Assembly (NCBI GenBank): GCA_009914755.4 | Contig: CP068257.2 | Span: forward strand, 13,760,001-13,824,000 | Reading direction: 5' to 3' | Length of the DNA stretch: 64,000 nt | From: the human T2T-CHM13v2.0 reference genome, Homo sapiens | In this document: piece by piece, positions 54,801 through 64,000 of the stretch | How the letters are laid out: each line of letters begins with the position of its first letter | Numbering within the stretch: position 1 is the first letter of the stretch | Translations under genes and position numbers: made by a program | Notes under the pieces: generated by a model | Told to the model about the DNA's origin: nothing | The model's database searches: none | Seen by the model: only the letters and a program-made list of their open reading frames with translations

Positions 54801-57800
54801 GTGTGCTTTTGGATTTGACACATTTGGGGCTTTCTTTTGCTTTCAAAATAAGTCTTGTTATTACTACAGTTTGGGTCAGGCTTATTGTACATGAATGCAA
54901 TAGTTATATCATTATATTATAAGCAGCTAATTGTACTGGTTGTACTAATGAATTATTCATGGCATAATCACATAAATTCACTTCATGCTGATGCTTTATT
55001 TTGCATACTAATTTGAACATAGTGCATTTTTCACATTTTGATCTAGAGATGATCTCAGATAATGACCTGTTTGTGGATATGGGGGTTTACATTGACCTTA
55101 ATATTTTTCTTTTCTCTAAACATTGCTCCATAATGTGTACATTTCATCAGGGTGGTATAGGTCATTCAGAATCAGGGCCCTGCTAATAATTTCTTTTAAG
55201 GCCCTCTAATTATTGCTCATTAACAGAATTTCCAAGATAATCTTTCCAACACAGAGCATTGTGTTACCAGGGTCTTCCAAATAGTAGATGTTGTGCCTAT
55301 TTTCTTCTCCTTCTAACTCATACTTCCCAAACTAATCCTCTCCCTTTTCTTGCCCAATCTCTGGAATTTTCATTGAATTACTCTTTTCTAACTTACACCT
55401 TATCCGTTCATGCCAACAAATCCCCTATAGATAAGCCTAAAGTTTTATATGTGGAGAAATGACACCATTGGCCAGTGGCTGGGTAACCTAATGGTCTCCC
55501 TGACTCAACTTTCTCACTTCAAGCCCTCATATAGTTTTCAGATTAGTTCTTCTATAGCCACTAATTAAGGCATGTGCTTCCACTGCAACAGAATCTTCTA
55601 TGGTTTATTACTCTTTACCCACATTAAAACATCTCTGTTTAGCTTTCAAATCCTCCCTAAAGCATCCACCCTTCTAGTGATCTTATTTCATTTCTCCCTC
55701 CAGTGACACCAGTTTACTTATTGCTCTATAAACACAGAAAGTTTATACCACTACCTACACCTTTGTTTATCTCCTATCTGCAAATTCCTGTTTACTTTCA
55801 CCTATGACATTTTCTCAAGACTCAGTACAAGTGCCATTTAGTTTGTAAAGCCTTCTTGGACTATCACAATCATTAGTGATATTCCCTAATTCCCTTTACC
55901 ACTTGCCAATGCTTCAGTCACTTCATTATACACTTCTTTATATTTTGTGTTTAGTCTTGTCTCATGTGTTTTAATTTTACCTTCCCAATAGGATTATAAT
56001 TTTTTTGAAAGTCTGAACCATACTGTATATAATCTATTTATCCCTTTGTAGGGTTGATAAGCTTCTTATTGTCTAGCAAAATCTAACATGTCTTAAGTGC
56101 TAATAATCATTTATTTTATTTGACTCATTATTAATGCCTGACATGGCAGGTGTTGACATGTACGTAATAGCATTAAAGAGGGTCCAAAGGACCAAGCTAT
56201 ATTTCATGTTGTGGGTGGTACTTTAAGCAAATATATTTATCATAAAATGGAATAGCAATTTTTCTTTCTGAAAGTCTGAAGCTGAAAAATTATTTGACCT
56301 ATCTCTCCTGAATTGGAAATATCTAACATCAACCTTTAGGATGAGAGGATCATTTGGCTGCGCTATCTGGTATCCATTTGATTTCTGGGTGGAATTAGTT
56401 CATCTGGCTTGCTGGCCAGGTGTCCTATTCATTCCTGGATGCTGAAATCATGAAAAAAAATTGAGAAGATGAGCATCCCATTTGGAGAAGAAGGAACATT
56501 CTACAGTCAAGAATATAAAAGGAGCTCCACCTTCTCTCTACCATATTTTAGGAAACAATAGCAAAAATCAGTATTTCTACACACTAAAAGTAGTGTCTAT
56601 GCCTAACTATTATACAGATTTGCAAGGTTTTTATTTTTAAATCCTTGGATTTCATTGCCTTAAATTAACGAAAAGATGATTTTAAAATAGTGAAGTTTCC
56701 TTGGAGATATGCAAGAGCTAGACTGCAAATTCCATCCAGGGAAATGAGAGATCATGTCTACCTTATTTCTAATGTGTCCCCAGAGGACAGCACAGTGTCT
56801 AGCATCTAGCAGATGTTCAGTAAATGTTCCTGGATATGTCAATGAATAAACATATGAGATGATAAGTGTTCATAATAAGTCCAAGCATTGTGGACTCCAC
56901 CTACCAGTTAAGTACAAAGATAGTCTCATGGATGTTAATATCCTACATTTATTGTTCCTAAACTATCCTTCTGTTTAACTGTAGGAAGTCAAGTGTTTTG
57001 TAGCTTCCCTACCCAAGTATTCTAACATCTCCAGGGGCACTTGTTAGTTTTTATTGCTTGCTGCTAGGGCTAGCAACCCAGAACTCTCCAATCTTTGGCC
57101 CTTGGATTCATGGAAAAACTGTTCCAAGGTTAAAATATTGTTTTCCTAGCCACTGCCGTTATGGCCACAAGGGGAATCTCGCATGCAACATGCCAGTGAA
57201 ACTGGGCCTGTGCCTCTGTCATGAAGGTGGAGGGTAATTGGGTGGTAGAAAGGATACCCATTCTACATTAGGCTTAGCTAGTGCTTCTAATGGCAATTTC
57301 GGTTGAGTCTCAAGGATTAGGCATCCAGTACTTCACACACTCACTCACCCCCATAGAGAATGAGCCAGGATCCTAAAGTTCCAGGCCTAAAGGTCAAGGC
57401 CTCTTCCAGGCTGAGACTCTCCTCTCATTGCTATCCTTCCCGCCTGCACCACATGGGGTCTCTTGCATTTTTCCATGTCGCTGAAATCAGAACTAGCACT
57501 GCCTAAAATGCAAGATATTTCTTCTCCTGGAAAATCTGCCATGCTTAGAATGTAATTCACGGATAAAACCCTCACTGCCACCTATGCAAAGTGAGAGAAA
57601 CAGTGTTCCTTCTCCAGTATACTCAGCCAGGGCTCCTAGAACAAAGCTTCTTCAGTTCCAAATGTTATCATGTTTTCTTTGATGGATCATTCAACTAACA
57701 GGTTGTTTGGTCCTGTTGAAATAAGGTTGTTTGGTCCACTTCCTGTAATCAGCTGGCAAACTATACCCACATCCATTAACCCCCTCCCCACTCAGGACCT

Positions 57801-58001
57801 ACTGCTGACTCCAGACCACTGGATTATGCCACCCCTTTTCTTTGATGAGTTCCTTCTCATTGTTCCCTTTCCTTTGTCCTCTGAGATCACTCTCTGCCAC
57901 CTCCAAAACATCAGATATGGCTGAACCTTTCTGGTGAGTGGGTTGAAGTCTTTCCTTTCTTCTCTTAGATCCTACACAAAGGAGTGGTTACAAAGGTGAG
58001 T

Positions 58002-60420
58002 TATGGATGCAAAAATCTTAATAAAATACCGGCAAACCAAATCCAGCAGTACATCAAAAAGCTTATCCACCACGATCAAATCGGCTTCATCCCTGGGATG
58101 CAAAGCTGGTTCAACATATGCAAATGAATGAACATAACCCATCACATAAACAGAATCAATGACAAAAGCCACATGATTATCTCAATAGATGCAGAAAAGT
58201 CCTTCAATAAAATGCAACATCCCTTCATGTTAAAAACTCTCAATAAACTAGGTATTGATGGAACAAATATCAAAATAATAACAGCCATTTATGACAAACC
58301 CACAGCCAGTATCATATTGAATGGGCAAAAGCTGGAAGTATTCCCTTTGAAAACTGGCACAAGACACAGATGCCCTCTCTTATCGCTCCTATTCAACATA
58401 GTATTGCAAGTTCTGACCAGGGCAATCAGGCAAGAGAAAGAAGGTATTCAAATAGGAACAGAAGAAGTCAAATCATCTCTGTTTGCAGACATCATGATTC
58501 TATACTTAGAAAACCCCATTGTCTCAGCCCAAAAACTCCTTAAGTGGATAAGCAACTTCAGCAAAGTCTCAGGATACAAAATCAACGTGCAAAAATCACA
58601 AGGATTCCTATACACAAACAATAGACAAGCAGAGAGTCAAATCATGAATGAATTCCCATTCAAAATTGCTACAAAGAGAATAAAATACCTAGGAATACAG
58701 CTAACAAAAGACATGAAGGACCTCTTCAAGGAGAACTACGAACTACTTCTTAAGGAAATAAGAGAGGACACAAACAAATGGAAAAACATTCCATCCTCAT
58801 GGATAGAAAGAATCAATATCGTGAAAATGTCCATACTGCCCAAAGTATTTGAAAGATTCAATACTACTCCCATCAAACTACCATTGGCAGTCTTCTCAGA
58901 ATTAGAAAAAAACTACTTTAAATTTCATATGGAACCGAAAAAGAGCCCTAATAGCCAAGACAATCATACACAAAAAGAACAAAGTCAGAGGCATCATGCT
59001 ACCTGACTTCAAACTATATACTACAAGGCTACAGTAACCGAAACAGCATGGTGCTGGTACCAAAACAGACATATAGACCAATGGAACAGAACAGGGACCT
59101 CAGAAATAATACCACACATCTACAACCATCTGATCTTTGACAAACCAGACAAAAAAAATGCAATGGGGAAAACATTCCCTATTTAATAAATGGTGCTGGG
59201 AAAACTGGCTAGCCATATGCAGAAAAGTGAAACTGGACCCTTTCCTTATATCTTATACAAAAATTAACTCAAGATGGATTAAAGACTTAAATGTAAAACC
59301 CAAAACCACAAAAACCTTTGAAGAAAACCTAGGCAATACCATTCAGGACATAGACCTGGACAAAGATTTCATGATGAAAATGCCAAAAGCAATTGTAACA
59401 AAAGCCAAAATTGACAAATGGGATCTGATTAAACTAAAGAGCTTTTACACAGCAAAAGAAACTATCATCAGAGTGAACAGGCAACCTACAGAATGGGAGA
59501 AAATTTTTGCCAACTACCCATCTGACAAACATCTGATATCCGGAATCTACAAGGAACTTAAACAAACTTACAAGAAAAAAAACCAAACAATCCCATCAAA
59601 AAATGGGCAGAGGATATGAACAAACACTTCCCAAAAGAAGACATTTATGCAGCCAATAAACATATTTTAAAAAGCTTAACATCATTGATCATTAGACAAA
59701 TGCAAATCAAAACCACAATGAGATATCATCTCTTGCCAGTCAGAATGGTGATTATTAAAAAGTCCAGAAACTATAGATGCTGGCGAGGCTGTGGAGAAAT
59801 GAGAACACTTTTACATTGTTGGTGGGAATGTAAATTAGTTCAACCATTGTGGAAGACAGTACGGCAATTCCTCAAGGATCTAGAACCAGAAATACCATTT
59901 GACCCAGCAATCCCATTCCTGGGTAGATACCCAAAGGAGTATAAATCGTTCTACTATAAAGCACATGTACACGTATGTTTATTGCAGCACTATTTTCAAT
60001 AGCAAAGACATGGAACCAATCCAAATGCCCATCAGTGATAGATTGGATAAAGAAAATGTGGTACAAATACACTGTGGAATACTATGCAGCCATAAAAGGG
60101 AATGAGATCATGTCCTTCACAGGGACATGGATGAAGCTGGAAGCCATCATTCTCAGCAGGCTAACACAGAAAGAGAAAACCAAGTGGGTGCTGAACAATG
60201 AGAACACATGGACGCAGGGAGGGGAACAACACACTGGGGGCCTGTTGTGGGGTGGGGGGCGAGGAGAGGGAGAGCATTAGGACAAATAGCTAATGAATGT
60301 GGGACTTAAAACCTAGATGATGGGTTGATAGGTACAGCAAACCACCATGGCACATGTATACTTATGTGACAAACCTGCACATTCTGCACATTTATCCCAT
60401 AACTTAAGGTAAAATAAATA
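58002..60420 (+). mobile_element. LINE-1, L1PA-type, 5'-truncated within ORF2, with ~10 bp TSD AAAGGTGAGT / AAAAGTGAGT
   Basis: Starts ...gatgcaaaaatcttaataaaataccggcaaaccaaatccagcagtacatcaaaaagcttatccaccacgatcaaatcggcttcatccctgggatgcaaagctggttcaacat, co-linear with L1PA ORF2 through the 3' UTR ...ccaccatggcacatgtatacttatgtgacaaacctgcacattctgcacatttatcccataacttaaggtaaaataaataaaaaag. aaaggtgagt at 57992-58001 recurs as aaaagtgagt at 60421-60430. Confidence 0.92.
58128..60002 (+). pseudogene. L1 ORF2 remnant (RT domain to C-terminus), RT active-site motif FADD mutated to FADI, frameshifts downstream
   Basis: ORF 58128-59006 (292 aa): ...[90 protein letters not shown]...[43 protein letters not shown]... 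Two further frames, 59137-59619 and 59616-60002, continue ORF2. Confidence 0.9.
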
Positions 60421-60461
60421 AAAAAGTGAGTGAAAAGATACTGTGATTTGAATATTTGTAT

Positions 60462-61225
60462 CTCCTCCAAAGTTCATGTTGGAACTTCAACCCCAGTGTG
60501 ATAGTACTGTATTAAAACATGGGATCTTTAAGAAGTTATATGGTTTGGCTGTGTCCTCACCCAAATCTCATCTTCAATTGTAGCTCCCATTTTTCCCACA
60601 TGTTGTAGGAGGGACCTGGTGGGAGACAACTGAATCATGGGAACAGCTTCCCCCATACTGTTTGCATGGTAGTGAATAAGTCTCATGAGATCTGATGGTT
60701 TTATAAGGGGAAACCCCTTTTGGTTGGTTCTCATTCTCTCTCTTGCCTGCTGCCATGTAAGATGTGTCTTTCACCTTCCACCATGACTGTGAGGCCTCCC
60801 CAGCCACAGGGAACTGTGAGTCCATCAAACCTCTTTTTCTTTATAATTTACCCAGTTTTGGGTATGTCTTTTTCAGCAGCGTCAAAACGGACTAATACAG
60901 GAGGTGATTAAGTCCTGAGGGTGGAACCCTCATGAATGAGATTAGTGATCAGATAAAAGTGCTGGAAGGGACTAGCTAGACCAATTTTGCCCTTCCATCT
61001 CTTCCACTAGGTGAGGACACATATTTGTCCCCTTTTGCTCTTCCGCCTTCCACCATGTGAGGCTGCCACTGTGAGAGGATGCCATCAGTGGAATAAACCC
61101 TCAGCAGATGCCAACTCTGCTGGCACCTTGATCTTAGGCTTTCCAGCCTATAGAACTGTAAGAAAATAAATTTCTGTTGTTTATAAATTACCTAGTATCT
61201 AGTATTTTGTTATAGCAGTACAAAC
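60462..61225 (+). mobile_element. ERVL-MaLR LTR, MLT1-type, split by the THE1-type LTR (host fragments 60462-60535 and 60900-61225)
   Basis: Before the insert: ...aaagttcatgttggaacttcaaccccagtgtgatagtactg... (consensus tatgttgaaatcctaacccccaatgtgatggtatttgg). After it: gaggtgattaagtcctgagggtggaaccctcatgaatgagattagtg...ctgctggcaccttgatcttaggctttccagcctatagaactgtaagaaaataaatttctgttgtttataaattacctagtatctagtattttgttatagcagtacaaacggactaagac. Confidence 0.6.
60536..60899 (+). mobile_element. ERVL-MaLR solo LTR, THE1-type, nested in the MLT1-type LTR
   Basis: tatatggtttggctgtgtcctcacccaaatctcatcttcaattgtagctcccatttttcccacatgttgtaggagggacctggtgggagacaactgaatcatggg...cccagttttgggtatgtctttttcagcagcgtcaaaacggactaataca. 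Confidence 0.8.
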
Positions 61226-62699
61226 GGACTAAGACTGTCACCTACTATAAAATGCCAGAGTTCTGCTATTTTAAAAGTAAATATGAAGCAAAATGCACGA
61301 GACACTTTGTAAAGTTTAGGTCCATGATTTGAGAACACTCAAATAGCATAGACATGCTGGTGAGAACTTCAGTGATAGATACTACTGTTCACTGTACAGT
61401 ACATCTCAGATGGTCTCTGAATTGCAGGGAAGAAGTGGTTGCTGGGAAGCTTAGTGTCTTCATCCATTTTGTGTTGCTATAACAGAGTACCTGAGTCTGG
61501 ATAATTTATAACGAAAACAGGTTTAGTTAGTTCACAGTTTTGCAGGCTGAGAAGTTCAAAAGCATGGCCCTGGCTTCTAGTGAGGGTTTTGGTGCTAAAT
61601 CATAACATGGTGTAGGTCAAAGTGGAAGCAAACACGTGCAAAGAAGGAAAACCCAAGGGACATCTTTGCTTTTTCAGCAACCCACTCTCACAGGAACTAA
61701 TTCATTCCCACAGGAACTAATCCAGTCTGGCCAAAGCAAGAACTCATTCACTAACGTGAGAACAGCACCAAACCATTCATGAGAAATTTGCCCCCGTGAC
61801 CAAAACACCACCCATAAGGTTTCACCTCCCAACACTGCCACATTAGGGATGAAATTTCAACATGAGTTTTGGCGAAGACAAACTCAAACAACAGCAAAAA
61901 GTCCTGTTGTAGATCTACCTATTTTGTCTTTCTTTATTTCAAATTGAAAGCTATATAATTATATTTATATATATTTTAAAATATTATTTTAAATAATAAT
62001 AAAAATAAAATATATTTTAAAATATTAGTTTTAAAATAGTAATTTGATGTTACTCCAATATAACGCCAGAATTTTCCAAATAAAGCAATGGGTTACCTTT
62101 GTAACATTTTTGAACTGCATTTTTTTTGTTTAAAATAATTGTTTCTACTATGTTTCAATCCATGCGAATACATATCTTTTATTTAACACTTATAGGACAT
62201 TTTGTTTAATTTAGTCATTTTATCTTTCATTGATGATGAACTTACATGAAACCTGTGTAGTATTGGCCAAACTTTATTTTTAGGTGATATCAGGTTATAG
62301 CACTTTTTCTTTACCAAGAATGGAGGAAAATAAGTAGTACCTGTTTTTCAGAGGAAAGATAAATGTATGCAAAATATCAGTGTCATGGATGCAAGATCTC
62401 TGTTTATTAGCTATCAGGTAACTTAAGAGGTTAGAGACTGAAGAGAAAGCCATCCTCTACATATGGCTTTGGGAATTTGGCAAGAGGTGAAAGGAACATT
62501 ATAAGATTAAGGCCTGCAGAGTAACTTAACATGCCTTATGATATGTAGAAGAAAATGCAGAAAGATAGGAACATGTGAGTGATGTAGTCCAGGATTTACC
62601 ACAAGAAGCAGGAATCAACTGCTCACATGTATGTCTCTTTAATTGCCAGATATCTTAGTGTCTAATAGCAATTACATCCCAAAAGAACTACAATGACAT

Positions 62700-62910
62700 T
62701 TATTGGGTAACCACTATGCCAGGCCAGATATTTTTGCATATGTTACCTCATTTAAGCCTCACAAATCCTCAGGTATCACTATCCTTTTGTTCAGATACTG
62801 GAACTGGAGATCAGAGCATTTAAGGGATTTCTGTACAGTCTGAAAAGTAAGGATCAGAGGTCAAATTCTAATCCAGGACAAACCGTTAACTATGCCTTCT
62901 TTGACTTTAA
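62700..62910 (-). mobile_element. MIR SINE
   Basis: ccactatgccaggccagatatttttgcatatgttacctcatttaagcctcacaaatcctcaggtatcactatccttttgttcagatactggaactggagatcagagcatttaagg resembles the antisense MIR consensus (gtgcctggcacatagtaagcgct...ctcatttaatcctcacaacaaccctatgaggtaggtactattattatccccattttacagatgaggaaactgaggc). Confidence 0.45.
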
Positions 62911-64000
62911 GATAAGAGAATAACTCAGAATTTTATACATTTAATAGGCAGAAAAACTCTAAATTCTCCAATTCTATACAGGTATTTCCTAAAAAGCAGC
63001 ATAATCATTGTCATCATGGGGAAGAAATGTAGATCAATCATCTCAATGCACTTGGCTTAGTGCTAGCAGTAGCTTTAAAGGAATTAATAGATAAATTCCC
63101 TTGACTACGATTTTAGAATCATTAAAAAAGCATTGAGAAAAGTTATTTTCTAGGTAACTTTCCCCATGATTTTGAAACTTAACCTTTATTGGAACCTTCC
63201 AAATCTTTCTGTTCAAATCCTTATGATTTAGATTATGAACTTAAGTTGGAAATAACTTTTCCTTATAAAATCATAATGGTTCTATCTATCTATACACACA
63301 TACGTATTTGACCTCAATTTAATTGTCTTTGAATGAGATTCTGCATTCATGTTAAGATATTTCATTTATTTAAACTAGATTATTCCATTACCAAACATGC
63401 CTTCTGTTTAAACTGTTTGAATCACAGCCAAGTAAGAAGCAAATCCTATTCAACTGAACTGAGCCTCTCTGGCCAGCCTTGTGAGTAAGGAGAAAAGAAG
63501 TAAAAGAGGGAGGAGAAGAGTTTGATTATGGTGATTTGGTACCTGGAAAAGATGGGGTAAAATCATCAGGTTTTGTAAATAAAAATACAGAACACTTGAA
63601 TACATTTGAACTTCAGATAAAACAAGGCACAGTTTTTTGTACAAGGATGTCTCAAATACTGCATGAGACATACTTATATTTTAAAATCACCCATTGTTTA
63701 TTTAAATTCATATTTAACTGGGTGTCCTATATTTTATCTGGTAACCCTAGATGAAGGATCACACAGGACAAATATAACTAGCATTGGGTTCCAATTGCCA
63801 CATGTCTTTTATGCACAGATTGGCAGGCTTCTCCTGGGGGAAAGTAGAGGCTTAAAATTGAGGCTGCTTTTGCTCACTGCTTAATAGTGACAAGCTATTG
63901 ATAGCCAGGCATTGCCAAATTCTCATTAGTTTCTAAAAGTCAGGAACTACATTTAGAAAAAAGCGGCTCGCTTATGGAGAGGTCATCTCTCCAGTAACCT

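Noticed and set aside
57992-58001. AAAGGTGAGT resembling a consensus 5' splice site
   Set aside because: It is duplicated after the L1 poly-A (60421-60430), so it is the L1 target-site duplication. There is no upstream exon evidence.
58128-59006. 292-aa ORF as a possible host gene
   Set aside because: It is L1 ORF2 reverse transcriptase from a 5'-truncated L1PA with a mutated active site, not a cellular gene.

Overview
This 64 kb window is primate, almost certainly human, nuclear DNA. It is AT-rich and densely populated with interspersed repeats: five Alu SINEs, several MIR SINEs, at least eight ERVL-MaLR solo LTRs (THE1/MST/MLT1-like), and LINE-1 bodies of at least three ages. The LINE-1 content includes a ~9 kb nested cluster (44.0-53.4 kb) and a 5'-truncated L1PA copy (58.0-60.4 kb). 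I cannot support any host protein-coding gene, rRNA/tRNA gene, CRISPR array or prokaryote-style system. Every ORF in the six-frame track that looks protein-like is a decayed L1 ORF1/ORF2 remnant; the rest are short, low-complexity or repeat-embedded. The window most plausibly lies in a gene-poor intergenic region or a large intron. I found no previously undescribed biological system here. The noteworthy points are modest: nested insertions (LTR-in-L1-in-L1, LTR-in-LTR, Alu-in-L1) whose target-site duplications give a relative chronology; a CpG-rich, young-looking Alu at the left edge; an AT-rich palindromic tandem repeat; small perfect inverted and direct repeats; a ~110 bp polypurine tract; and one weak exon-like open segment. 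Family and subfamily names come from memory of consensus sequences, not from a database search, and repeat end coordinates are approximate (about +/-10 bp).
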